From: Eledone cirrhosa
Lineage: Eukaryota
Length of the DNA stretch: 64,000 bases
Assembly (NCBI GenBank): GCA_964016885.1
Contig: OZ024746.1
Location: 80,972,001-81,036,000 of the forward strand
Direction: 5' to 3'
The notes under the pieces are model-generated. The model ran no database searches. It saw only the letters and a list, made by a program, of their open reading frames with translations, and had not been told where the DNA came from. Position 1 is the stretch's first letter; each line of letters begins with the position of its first letter. This document shows positions 1 to 11,800 of this stretch, piece after piece. The translations under genes and the position numbers were made by a program.

Positions 1-168
1 GTCCGATCCTCTACCGATACTGCCAATCCACGATAATAATGATATTTAATCTCCATGGCTAGTACAAACATTTGAAAAAGCCAGAAGGAAAAATAAAACA
101 GCAAACTAAATGGAAGTATGCATGTGTGTCTCTGTGTGCATGCATACATAAATATATATGTATGTGTG

Positions 169-208
<40 letters not shown>

Positions 209-280
209 CATCATCATCAATACAAGCATACACACACTCATACACATACACACACATATACATAAATAAATAAACATATA

Positions 281-320
<40 letters not shown>

Positions 321-359
321 GTTATCGGTGCGTATATATATATATATATATATATATAT

Positions 360-2880
360 CATCATCATCATCATCATCACCGTTTTACGTCCGTTCTTCC
401 ACGCTAGCATGGGTTAGACGGGTTGTCCTGTTGTGGGCAGTGTCTGGTCGGCTGACCATGCCTTGCTCATACAGGAACTGATCTGGCTTGATTTCTACAG
501 CTGGATGCCCTTCCTAACACCAACCTCATTTACAGTGAGTGCTGGGTGCTTTTTCGTGGCGCCTACACGTCCACTTTACAGTGTGGGCTGGGTGCTTTTT
601 TGCCGTGGCACCTCCACGACCACCTTGCGGTGGGGGGGGGGGGGGCATATTGTTTATATGCTTCAGCATGTACCCATGGGAGGTCGGGTACCCTGTATTA
701 CTGCGTGACGCCAGAAGTCACGGTCGTGTGTCATTGACTTTGAGAGGTGTAGTTGGGTAAGGTCGGCTTTTATCACCTCATCCCAAGTCATCTTGGGTCT
801 CCCCACTCCGCGGTTTCCATCAACTTCTAGTGCTCTGCACCTTTTTATGCAGCTGTCATCCTTCATACGCATCACATGTCCATACCAGCGTAACCGCCTC
901 TCCTGCACGCAGCATTTGATTCCTCTTATGCTCAGTCTCTCTCTCAATTCATTTATGCTTTGTCGTTCACGTATATTACTGTTACACATCCATCGGAGCA
1001 TGCAGGCTTCGTTTCTCTCTAATCTACGTAAGTCTTCCACCTTCAGCGCCCAGGTCTCACTACCATGCAACATCGCTGTTCGGATACACGCATCATACAG
1101 TCTGCCTTTCATTCTGAGGGAGAAGCCTTTTGCAGCTAGCAGTGGTAGTAGTTCCCTAAACTTCTTCCATCCCGTTCTTACCCTAGTTATTGTACTTTCT
1201 GAGCACCCACCTCCGTTGCTAATTCGGTCACCTAGGTAGCAGAAGCTGTCTACTGTTTCTACAGGGCCCTCCCAGAGATTGGTGGTACTTGTTTCCTGTG
1301 GCTGTTTGCTTGCTGTTTCAGCACAGCTGCTGCATGTGAATCCTACATTCTTAATTAAGCTTCCTGAGATCCCGCTACATCTCTTGTGTACCCATTGTTT
1401 GCATTTGGGGCAAAGAATGGAGTTCCTACCTACACCTTTCCTACATACTGAGCAAGGCCATTTCCCTGAGGGGATCTGGGTTCTGTTTTCTCGTCTACTT
1501 ATAAGGACCTTAGTCTTTGTCATGTTGACTTTGAGGCCCTTTCTCTCTAGTCCCTGCTTCCAGGTTTGGAATTTATTCTCTAGTTCTACCATAGATTCAG
1601 CTATGAGTGCGAGGTCATCAGCATACAGGAGTTCCCATGGGCATCCGGTCTTAAACTCCTCCGTTATTGCCTGCAGGACTATGATGAACAGGAGAGGGCT
1701 AAGAACAGAGCCCTGGTGGACCCCAACCTGTACGCTAAATTCCTCGCTATACTCATTGCCAATCCTAACTTTGCTGACTGCTCCCCTATACATGGCTTGT
1801 ACCGCTTTCACAAGCCATTCATCTACTCCTAGTTTTCTAAGAGCCCACCAGATTACTGCACGTGGAACTCTGTCAAAGGCTTTCTCAAGGTCGACAAATG
1901 CCAAGTAGAGTGGCTTACTTTTAGCTAGGTACTTTTCCTGTAATTGCCTCACAAGGAAGAGCGCATCAGTGGTGCCTTTCCCTGGAACAAACCCAAATTG
2001 CATCTCGTCTATATTCACCCGGTCCCTAATCAGCTGTGCTATAACTCTTTCTGTTACTTTCATGACCTGGTCCATCAACTTTATACCTCTATAGTTTCCT
2101 CTATCTAGTGCATCGCCTTTACCTTTGTAGCAGTTGACAATGATGCTACTGCACCAATCTTTTGGTATGGCCCCCTCTAGTATTACCTGGTTAACGATAC
2201 GTGTGGTTATAGTGTGACCTACAGACCCAGATGCCTTCAGCATCTCGGCAGCTATACCCGATGGACCGGTTGCCTTCCCTATCTTCATATCTCTGATTGC
2301 CTTACTTACTACGCTGCCGCTGACTTGTACTGCTGGTCCCTCTATAGGGTCTACGTGGGGTAGGGTCTCTTCTTCCCATGCATTCTCCTCATTTAGTAAT
2401 CTATCATAATGACTCTTCCATGCATCTTTCTTCTCAGCACTTGTGAGGGCAAGCTCACCTTTATCATTCCGGATACACTTCTCTCCAATGACATCACAAC
2501 TATCTCTGACACACTGCCTCGCAATCTTGAATACCTCCTGTTTCTGGTCCTCACGTTGTAAAACATGCTTGAATTTTCTATCCTCTGCTTCCCTCCTAGC
2601 TAAGTATACTTGTCGCCTAGCTTCCCTCTTGGTCTCTATGTAATGTACCCTGCTCCCCCCGTTCTTCCATTCTTTCCATGCCTGTCTCTTGGCCTTGACT
2701 GCTTCATCTACCTTATTGTTCCACCACCAAGTCACTCTCCTCCTGCTTGAGGTCTTACTCCAGCCACAAACCTCATCCGTCGCCTCTAGTAAGTTATTTT
2801 TTAGGAACTCCCAGTTCTCTTCTACGTTAAATGTCTCTATCTGTTCTTCTTTACTGTCGTAGGCGTTGAGTAAAATATCT
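360..2880 (-). mobile_element. RTE-clade non-LTR retrotransposon (LINE), 5'-truncated, with 3' UTR and (TGA)n tail, inserted in a (TA)n-based array
   Basis: Long RT ORF on the minus strand; 3' UTR ~381-662; (CAT)n at 360-378 = (TGA)n tail on the element strand; (TA)n runs on both sides; the frame runs open into the TA array at ~2880 with no APE domain present. Confidence 0.93.
663..2879 (-). CDS. RTE-type reverse transcriptase ORF (N-terminally truncated) with an internal C4HC3 PHD-like finger
   Basis: Motifs YKGKGD..NYRGIKL, QFGF, AFVDLEKAFD, GVHQGSVLSPLLF, LLYADD, KTK, FCYLG and the RTE C-terminus RRLRWYGHVMR..GRPKMTW. Stop-free; reading upstream of the track start (2735) gives DILLNAYDSKEEQIETFNVEENWEFLKNNLLEATDEVCGWSKTSSRRRV up to ~2879. 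Confidence 0.92.
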   Translation of the reverse strand, partial: DILLNAYDSKEEQIETFNVEENWEFLKNNLLEATDEVCGWSKTSSRRRVTWWWNNKVDEAVKAKRQAWKEWKNGGSRVHYIETKREARRQVYLARREAEDRKFKHVLQREDQKQEVFKIARQCVRDSCDVIGEKCIRNDKGELALTSAEKKDAWKSHYDRLLNEENAWEEETLPHVDPIEGPAVQVSGSVVSKAIRDMKIGKATGPSGIAAEMLKASGSVGHTITTRIVNQVILEGAIPKDWCSSIIVNCYKGKGDALDRGNYRGIKLMDQVMKVTERVIAQLIRDRVNIDEMQFGFVPGKGTTDALFLVRQLQEKYLAKSKPLYLAFVDLEKAFDRVPRAVIWWALRKLGVDEWLVKAVQAMYRGAVSKVRIGNEYSEEFSVQVGVHQGSVLSPLLFIIVLQAITEEFKTGCPWELLYADDLALIAESMVELENKFQTWKQGLERKGLKVNMTKTKVLISRRENRTQIPSGKWPCSVCRKGVGRNSILCPKCKQWVHKRCSGISGSLIKNVGFTCSSCAETASKQPQETSTTNLWEGPVETVDSFCYLGDRISNGGGCSESTITRVRTGWKKFRELLPLLAAKGFSLRMKGRLYDACIRTAMLHGSETWALKVEDLRRLERNEACMLRWMCNSNIRERQSINELRERLSIRGIKCCVQERRLRWYGHVMRMKDDSCIKRCRALEVDGNRGVGRPKMTWDEVIKADLTQLHLSKSMTHDRDFWRHAVIQGTRPPMGTC

Positions 2881-2905
2881 TTAATATATATATATATATG
2901 TTATT

Positions 2906-2940
<35 letters not shown>

Positions 2941-2951
2941 GTTATTTGTGT

Positions 2952-2989
<38 letters not shown>

Positions 2990-3024
2990 GTTATTTGTGT
3001 ATATGTATATATATAAATGTTATT

Positions 3025-3063
<39 letters not shown>

Positions 3064-3073
3064 TATTTGTGTG

Positions 3074-3104
<31 letters not shown>

Positions 3105-3115
3105 ATATATATACA
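2881..3115. repeat. Compound minisatellite of GTTATTTGTGT units separated by (AT)n
   Basis: About six copies of tgttatttgtgt interleaved with TA runs; a related unit (gttatcggtgcgt) lies at 321-333 on the other side of the LINE. Confidence 0.75.
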
Positions 3116-3443
3116 CTCATAACATTAATTCCAGCTAAGAGATTGTTAATTTACAGGTGTAGTTGAATAAGTTATATATAGGTAAGAGGAGGCAAGCTAT
3201 AAATAATCACACAAATAAATGCTTACAATGATCTGTTTATTTAGTGGTAATGGTGAGAGAAAGTGAACATGTGTATGTATTCATGACCATGATCTCTGGT
3301 ATGAGGTTGAGCTAGAGGTCTGATGTAATAAAGTAAAAATACTCTGACAGCAGTGTAATTTATAGTGCTGATTAGATCTGCTCATTTCAATGTCTCTGGA
3401 TTAAGCCTTTCATTTACATACACAATATTTCAATGTCTTAATT

Positions 3444-3635
3444 CTTAACATCATGTAATAATTTAGCAGGAAATATCTTTAAAATGGGTTCATTAATTCA
3501 GAAGTTTATTATATCTTTACTAGCTGACAGATCATTGTGACAATTTGCAGTATTAGATTAAAGACTATATTGTTTAATGTGATGCATACTGCTTTTTTTT
3601 ATACTTTTGCAGAATGTCTAGCTAATGTGGTTTTC
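3444..3635 (+). repeat. Unclassified ~190-bp dispersed repeat; further copies at ~5729-5925 and partial ~5926-6057
   Basis: Shared blocks cttaacatc.tgtaat.atttagcag, tatctttact.g..gacagat, gaatgtct.gctaa..tggttt. Confidence 0.6.
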
Positions 3636-4427
3636 TGCGATAGAAGATATTAATGAAGAATTTGGAGTTAATGAAGAATTTAGAGGGATTTACTAAAATG
3701 ACACTACTAAGATAGTATTTGTAAAATAACTTAACAAAAGTCTGTCGACTCATCAAAATGTTTTTTCCCTGTGGAAATCTTTAGTAAGCATAAGCAATTT
3801 TGCCTTTCATCTTTTTGGGGTTGTTAAAAAAAGTAACAGTCCAGGGTAGTGTATTGGCAGAATTGTTAATAAGTTAGTATCAGTGCATTTTGTGTTCAAA
3901 TTTTATCTCCTCCTGCCAGAAGTTGCAGCCAGCATGTAATATCAGCAATGGGAAAACCAATGGAATTGATGTTTCCTTGGTCTGATCTGATGATCAGCTC
4001 TTTTTGAACAAAAGATTTTTATATAAGAATGTGTTGGAAGGTTTGAATTTAAATAGAAACCATTTAAAATGGGTGGTTTTATTTCATAGAACCAGAGTTG
4101 GTTTTGGTTAGGTTGTTTAGTAATGCTATATCTATAAGACTAGGATGAGCTCTTTCAACTTGTTTAGGAGAGCAGTAACTCCAAATAAGAACTGATTCAG
4201 ATTGTATCAATGTGTTATACTTATGCCAGTATGAAAAGCAGACATAAAATGATATTGAATGCATTATAGAGGTCAAACTTATATGATGGTGGTTAAATCC
4301 TAAATCAGGAATCAAGATGTTTGTCAGTGACTCAGTAAAGTAAACTGCACTGCATTTAAAAAATCTACTTCCTTAATTTACATATTCTCTATGTGGCATA
4401 AGTGTAAGCTGTGTGGATGTATGTGTG

Positions 4428-4466
<39 letters not shown>

Positions 4467-4474
<8 letters not shown>

Positions 4475-4929
4475 TAAAATAACAGATTAAAGTTTAAGCA
4501 AAGAATCGCTGCTTTCACCCTTAACGGGATCTTCTGAAACTAACAAAGTCAATCTGTAAACGCAGAACTGGATATTTCAAAAAACGTTGCAACCGGAGGA
4601 AGACAGGAAGACGATACTTTGGTTCGTGGTAACGTTCGCTGGCAAAGAACGGGAAAACATGAATAATACGTCATTAATAGGAGCGGTGAAAAACAATTAG
4701 TTTTCCTGTCTTCCTCCGGTTGCAACGTTTTTTGAAATATCCAGTTCTGCGTTTACAGATTGACTTTGTTAGTTTCAGAAGATCCCGTTAAGGGTGAAAG
4801 CAGCGATTCTTTGCTTAAACTTTAATCTGTTATTTTAATAAATATTTGCTCTACGGTTCTTATATATTTGATATATATTTTCCTTATCGAGCCCTCTTTG
4901 GATTTTAGTCTTCAATTTTATTATTATTA

Positions 4930-4932
<3 letters not shown>
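4467..4932 (+). mobile_element. Penelope-like terminal remnant: ~143-bp inverted arms (4467-4609 / 4703-4845), 93-bp spacer, ~87-bp tail, inside (TA)n
   Basis: Arms are reverse complements by eye; the forward arm carries a hammerhead-like motif; same layout as the GIY-YIG-containing element at 52199-55570. Confidence 0.65.
4771..4821 (+). ncRNA. Type-I hammerhead-like motif with variant core CAGAAGA
   Basis: agttt-CAGAAGA-tccc gttaa gggt-GAAA-gca..tgc-TT-aaact: stem I agttt/aaact, stem II ccc/ggg, stem III gca/tgc. Confidence 0.55.
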
Positions 4933-4974
<42 letters not shown>

Positions 4975-6351
4975 GTATGAGCTATGTGGATATGTATGTA
5001 TGTATTATGTGGATTGGTATGAATGTATGGTTGAACACACCTCTACATGGGGAATGTAGCTAAAGTGTAATCTTAGAAGGAAAAAATGTGGTAATGATGA
5101 TGATGATGATGGTTGTAATGGTGTTGGTGGTGGCAGTGTGTCTGTTACAGTGGAATTGATTAGCTAGTTTGTTTACTAGGTAGAGAATAATAGTGTGTTT
5201 TTTATTATTATTCATTTTCTTTTCAAAGTAGTATCCCAGTAGACAGTGGAGTAAATATATAAATCAAAAGCAGAAACCATAATATTCTTGGATATGGCTT
5301 TTAAAGACAGCTTGTTTATCCACTACAATACTTTCACTAAGTCTGATAAAACCTTTGTGTTTTGTTAATAGTGCAAAGTACATGGATGCATATTAAGTTT
5401 GACTACAGAATCTCAATGACTATGTCAATAAGAATTACTGCATTTGATATCTTTATATCAGAAAAATAATGATTATTTGTAAATTCCTGTCTCTGTCTCT
5501 TTGTCAAATCTTTATTCATGCTTTAATTACTTCCAGATTGGTTTTCTGTAATCCTTTTCGGGTTAGCATTAGTAGGACAAACATCAATAAATAACATGTC
5601 TTCTATGTTGAAATGTTGAAGCACATCTTGTATTTAATATGCACAGTCATGAGATAGCCAAAGATTCTACAGCTAAACCTTCCCAGATTAATATTGATCA
5701 GTGGTTACTATTGAAAATTCGATTAACTCTTAACATCCTGTAATGATTTAGCAGAAAATATCTAAAAATAGGTTTGTTAATTCAAATATTTAAAGTATCT
5801 TTACTTGTAGACAGATTGTTGTGAAAATTTGCAGTTTCAGAGTAAAAACTTCAGTTTTTAATGTGATACAGTCATTGTGCAGTTTTATACTTTTCAAGAA
5901 TGTCTTGCTAACATGGTTTCATGTGTTTTGTTAATTCAAATGTTTATAGTATCTTTACTTGTCCACAGATCATTGTGAATATTTTCAGTTTTAATAGAAT
6001 GCAGTCATAGTGTAGTTTTCTACATTTCGAAAATATCTTGCTAATGTGGTTTCATGTTGTACAGGATATAAGAGTTTATGATATATAAATGTCTATGTGG
6101 TGGTGATGTTGCTCTTGTGGCTGTCTTCAGATTAAAGATTTATTGACTTTGGTCATCTGACCTGGCTTGTCTCACAATGGGACAGGTCGTCTAATCCATG
6201 CTAACGTAGAGAATAGGGGGTTACTCTCTCAACAATTTCCTAATGAACCACTAACCTGATTTTAAAAGTTTGGAAAAGCACTCATTAAGTCTTATCATGA
6301 CAAAGTGCAAGAGAAATGTTACTTTTGTTTTAAAGTATTCAGTGAGATATC

Positions 6352-6470
6352 ATCAGCATCATCATTTTTACATCCACTTTTCCATGCTAGCATGGGTCAG
6401 ACAGGATGTTTTGAGACCATTTTTTACAATCAAATGCCCTTCCTGTCACCAACCCTTTTACAACATGGGC
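6352..6470 (-). mobile_element. Decayed RTE-type 3' end
   Basis: catcatcattttta catccacttttccatgctagcatgggtcagac..atgcccttcct matches the RTE 3' terminus at 360-520. Confidence 0.6.
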
Positions 6471-7744
6471 ACTGTATAGCTATTCTAAAAATTGGGATGC
6501 ACATGGCATAACAGAAAGAAAAAAATTCTGTTGGTTGATTTAAGTTACATAACCATTCATCACAGCAGTCAGGAAGGTAACATCCTATCAAGTTAATTAG
6601 TGGTCCAATATTTCAATTAAGTCATGTGAACTACTTTTATAAGTGAGATACAAGCTAAATAAAAGGATAGATGTGGTGAAAAACATTATTGTTAACTAAT
6701 TAGTTCTGCACTGTTTACCAAAGAGTAAAGATAATGTTTTGGGGAGTTTCCTTTTCTTTATTTTTCATGATATGGTTTGAATACTGAAACAATTTAAAGC
6801 CAATTAAATTTCACTTAAAGTCAAAGTGACATGTATTAATTGCAGTTCTCAAATGGTGTTATAGTTATTCTGTTTCTTTACAAATAAAGGTCATATATAA
6901 AGAGTTCAAATGAATGTTATGATGAGCTAATTGTAATTATTCTGTTGAACATCTTATTTAATATTATATTTCAGTCACTAACAGAAAAAAAAAACAGGTG
7001 GTTTATAAATAGGTCAAGAAGACTTGTCTATTTTATCTTATAAATAATAATAATAACCAAAATAATAAAAACTTAACAATTTGAGAATTTTGAATTAATT
7101 AAAAATTGTTGTTTTGGTTCTTCCTTGCAGTAGACTGAATTGTCAAACATTCAGTTTATATTTTATTTTTATTCACACACTGTAACTTTCTAAACCCAGT
7201 GCCAACAGGAGTATTAAAAAAAATTGTCCATGAGAAAACCTTTGGCATTATTCCAAAATTAAATCAAATAACACTTCTGTTTTTGGAATAGGAGAGTTGT
7301 ATATCTTGAAGTAACTACAGTCATTAATGAAAATGACATGGTTCCCTAAACAACAACAGAATATGACACATCTAAGGAAATGGATACTACTATATTAGAA
7401 TGGTTGCCATATTGAATGGCATTTGGCTATAAAATCTTCCACTTCAATCAACAGAATTTCAAATAACTAAATATGATACTGCAATGGTTGTGACCTCAAC
7501 TTAAAACCTTGTTTTAGATATTATATTCTGACCCTCGAAAAATACATTAGTCTGTTAGCTGGAAATAACTTTTCCTACCAATCATGTTGATAATATAAAG
7601 GACATCCAATTACAAACCCTCTGCATGAACAATTCATATACATATATCATATACACTACGCTTAGAAAATACTGGCAGAGAAAAATAGATATAAAATGAT
7701 AAATGCGAACATCTCTATACAGTAGTTGCCTATGCATGCAATTG

Positions 7745-7946
7745 TTTACATTACTCTATATATACTATTGTATTTTCACAGTAAAGGCTTTATCTCACAT
7801 AATATCAAATCTATGAGATTTTGATGTTATTTATTTTAAGAACAATAGCTTAAGGTCAGTATGAGCGGCCGGTTATGACTGGTTTGAACAGAAAGAGGTG
7901 AGAAAATTGTGGCCAGATATGGTCGGTTTAAATGCTAAAGGGTTAA
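7745..7946 (-). mobile_element. piggyBac-like MITE family A, partial
   Basis: Ends aatgctaaagggTTAA; interior is the reverse complement of the copies at 29849, 42060, 43199 and 62823. Confidence 0.7.
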
Positions 7947-8649
7947 GCACGGATTAGTCTTTCAGTTCTCATGAAAGGCTTCATGTTCATCATCGAGACC
8001 TTTTTTATGCAATGTTTTGTAATCAGATGCCCTTCCTGATGTCAACCTTTTTAGTTACTTCTTACTGCATGCATATGATGCAGTGTTCCTATTCTAAACT
8101 GGATACATGTAGCATCTATACAATTTATATAAACATCACAAATGTAATGCAGTGGTTCTATATATTTTATGATAGCAACCCAATTAATAATTTCCTGTGG
8201 CATTTTTGTTAATATTTAAATAATAATCTGATAAAAAGCACTTAAAATTTAATATTTTGGGGGGAGAAATATTCTCCAGTTTTTGTTTGCAGCATTATAG
8301 CCTTTATGCTTATGGCTTTATCTTTGACATATACATGAACATTTTACATTCTATCGCATATGAAAGATTTTGTCTTCATTACCCTTCCAAAATCATACTG
8401 CAACCCATATTTACTCTTCTAATGTATCATAAGCTTAAGCTAATTCTTTTCTATCTCACAAAGACCTCCATAAACAATGCTTATTTCTGGCTTCAGTAGC
8501 ATTGAATATATAAAGGATAATAAAATATTAAACTAGTTTCTATTTTCTACAGCCAAATTAGAATTTAGCCCTACAAGACAATAAGATGTTTATCAATTCA
8601 ACAGTACTGTCACTACTGGCAGTAAAGAATTAATTTCATCATCCACAAT

Positions 8650-9022
8650 ATACATTTAGAAGTAGGTGGAGTTGGTTATTGACACTTTAGCCTCTAGCCT
8701 GCAAACATACTATATCTTCTCTCTACTGTTCCAAGCTGGGTTTTTTTGTATTACATCCACTTAGGCATTTCTGAATCATTAGTCTCCCCTGCTCCTTCAT
8801 TCATCATCCATATTATTTCCAACTTTCCTCAACTATTGCACTGATAACTGCACCTATTCCTACCTCCCCTGAATGTTATGTCCCTGGAACTCACTCTCTG
8901 ATCCTGAATATTCTTCATCCATTGACATGCAACTATTCAAGAGGAACATTAAAAATAAAAAAGGTAAAGGGCCCTTGATTCCTGATGGTGTTGTAGGGTT
9001 GCCACAGCAAATAGTAATTATA
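8650..9022 (+). mobile_element. Decayed CR1/L2-group LINE 3' end
   Basis: Translates PWNSLSDPEYSSSIDMQLFKRNI, resembling the WNxLP...FK C-terminal signature of CR1/L2-group ORF2, followed by a short UTR. Confidence 0.45.
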
Positions 9023-9169
9023 GGATCTTCTTCTTCTTCTTCTTCTTCTTCTTCTTCTTCTTCTTCTCCCCCCTACCCCGCTCCTCCTCCTCCTCGGGAA
9101 TGTCATGGAGGCAGTGTCCTCTGACATACCTTCCAAAGTTCTCCAGTAGCCTGTTGCTTCACCAACTTA

Positions 9170-9780
9170 ATAATGATTTTTAATTCAGGCACAAGGCCAA
9201 GAATCTCGAGGAAGAGGAAAGTCCCAGTATGTTATTTGTACTCTATTTTATTATATCTGAAAAGATAAAAGGCAAAGTTGACCTCAGCGGAATTTGAACT
9301 CAGAACACAGACAGTCTTAACTAAATAAGGGTTTATGATTTAGACACAAGGCCAACAATTTTGGAGGAGGGGAAAGTCGATTACATTGAATCCAGTACAT
9401 GACTGGTACTTATTTTATTAACCCCAGAAGGATGAAAATCAAAGCTCCCCTTGGTGGGATTTGAAATCAGAACATAAAGGACTGTAACTCTATGCCACAA
9501 ATCAAGGTATCTGATGCTCTACTGATACTGCCAATCCACCGCCCTGCCATAACTACAAAATGATTTCTACTATAAGCACAAGGCCAGCAATTTGGGGAGA
9601 GGGGTAAGTCAATTAAATTGATGCCAGTGCATTACTGGTACTTTATTTCATCGACCTTTAAGGATGAAAGGCAAAGCTAACTTTGGCGGAATTTGAAATC
9701 AAAACATAAAGGGCTGTAACTCTATGCTGCAAAGCATGGTGTCTTATGCTCTACCAATACTGACAATCCACCGCCCTGCC
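9170..9780 (-). mobile_element. Three tandem head-to-tail tRNA-derived SINEs (family 1)
   Basis: Three repeats of ggcacaaggcc..tggtactt..ggatgaaaggcaaag..atttgaactcag..actgccaatccaccgcc. Confidence 0.8.
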
Positions 9781-9810
9781 TTAACTAAATAATGCAAACA
9801 ATCTGCCATG

Positions 9811-10095
9811 TGAAGGCACATGGCTGAGTGGTTAGAGTATTGGATTTGCAATCGTGAGTTGTGAGTTCGATTCCCGGACCGGGTAATGCGTTATGTCCTT
9901 GAGCAAGACACTTTATTTCACATTGTTCCTTCTACCTGAAGTTGCAATTGTAAAGACCAATGGAAACATTGTTTCCTTGGTCCGATTTGACAAATGTCGA
10001 TCGACTGTCGATTCTGCCAATATTGGTAAAACAGTTGAAATTGTACAAAATAGGATTTCTATAAAATCATTGCAGCAAAAAAAAAAAAAAAAAAA
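9811..10095 (+). mobile_element. tRNA-derived CORE-type SINE (family 2) with poly(A)-ending tail
   Basis: A box tggctgagtgg, B box gagttcgattcc, core gtccttgagcaagacactttatttcacattg, A-run at 10077-10095. Confidence 0.65.
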
Positions 10096-10271
10096 TAGAC
10101 GTGACAAACATGAAATCTATATTTGCTGTCATTCATCACAATTAGAAGTAATTCCTGTAAGTTAGTTAAAAAGTGATATAACGATGTTTCTTGTACAGAA
10201 TACATAATGAGTGGAATTAAATGGAACTGTGTATAGCAGACAACCATCCAATTCTAGAATAGTTGCCATGG

Positions 10272-10311
<40 letters not shown>

Positions 10312-10336
10312 GTGTGTATGTATGTATATATATGTG

Positions 10337-10367
<31 letters not shown>

Positions 10368-10493
10368 ATAGATATGTTTATGTGTGTGTGTGTGTGTGTA
10401 TATATATATGTGTATATTATTATTGTTGTTGTTGTCGTTATTATTATTGTTGTTATTATTATTATTGTTATTAATATATATATATATATATAT

Positions 10494-11143
10494 CATCATC
10501 ATCATCATCATTTAACGTCCATCTTCCACGCTTGCATGGGTTTGGACGAGAGTTTTCCCACTTGAGGCAAGATTGGCTGTCCTGCTCGTATAGGACTGTC
10601 TGGCGGGTTTTCAACGGCTGGATGCCAACCACGTTTACAGTGTGGACTGGGAGGTTTTTACCGTGTTACCTACACGGCCACATTACAGCATGGAGTGTGT
10701 GTTTTTTTTGTCGTGACACCTACACAACCTCATTTGTTTCGGATTGGATATTGTGGCACCAACATAACTTCACATTTAAGGGGGGGGGGGGGGTAGTGGG
10801 ACGGGGGGGTATTTTGTTAGGGGTGCCTACTGACTGTAGGTTTCGCTTTGTATTTAAGCAAGGCGGGTCTTCTGTATTACTGTGTAGCGCCAAAGATCTC
10901 GGTCCAGTGACATTGTCTTGGAGAGGTGTAAGTGTGTGAGGTCGGAATTTATCAAGTCGTCCCAGGTTTTTCTGGGTCTGCCTACTCCGTGGCTACCGTC
11001 TATTTTTATCCCCCTGCACTTTTTTATACAGCTGTCGTCCTTCATGCGCATCACGTGACCATACCAACGTAGTCTTCTCTCGAGTAAACAACATCTGATC
11101 CCTCTTATTCCTAATTTCTCCCTTAGTTCGTTTATGCTTTGCC
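10494..11143 (-). mobile_element. RTE LINE subfamily 2, short 5'-truncated copy
   Basis: Encodes RLRWYGHVMRMKDDSCIKKCRGIKIDGSHGVGRPRKTWDDLI, homologous to the RTE C-terminus at 663-900; (TGA)n tail abutting (TA)n. Confidence 0.88.
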
Positions 11144-11589
11144 AATTCGTACCTCGTAACAGGTTTATTTATATTTGGTGAGAGAAGTGAGTGATTGAAA
11201 GGGTGAACTAGCCGGCGCGTAATACGATATGGTGGGGGGGGGGGGTAAAGATTAAGAGGGGCAAGGAGGCCATTTTATAAATCCTAGAATTTTTATATAT
11301 ATATATATATATATTTTTTTTTCTTTTTTTTTTTTTCTCGTGCAATGGCCATACTCGATAACGAGGGGGCAGCCATTATATATATATATATATTTATATA
11401 TAAAAGAAAATTGTAACACTGTTCTGAGCATATTGAAAGGACTTATTACTAATAAATCAACTCCTCAACTCCTACAGGCAATGGTTTTCAGCTATACACT
11501 AGTTTAAAATAAATGATGATTATAAGATGATTGTATTAATGAGGGAGGGGGAAGAAGAGGAGAGACAAGAGGTGGATTATATGAGAGAA

Positions 11590-11800
11590 GAGAAGATAGC
11601 AATGATGATGATGATAGTGATAATGATGATTATGATTATGATGATAGTGATGATGATTATTATGACAGTGATGATGATTATGATGATGATAGTATTGTTG
11701 ATGATGATAATGGTATTAATGATAATGATGGTAGTGGTGGTGGTGATGGTGGGGGTTAAGATTGTAGCAGTACCAACAAGAGTGGCAGTAGTAGTAGTAG
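11590..11800. repeat. (ATG)n/(GTA)n degenerate microsatellite
   Basis: Visible trinucleotide runs. Confidence 0.85.

Noticed and set aside
793-2643. Plus-strand ORFs overlapping the RTE
   Set aside because: Antisense shadows of the RT ORF with no independent motifs.
7105-7135. Acceptor-like pyrimidine tracts (also ~8540, ~45390, ~57150)
   Set aside because: No matching strong donor or coding signal nearby; such tracts are common in T-rich DNA.
9811-9885. tRNA gene candidates here and at other A/B-box sites
   Set aside because: A and B boxes continue into SINE bodies and no complete cloverleaf is evident; they are SINE heads.
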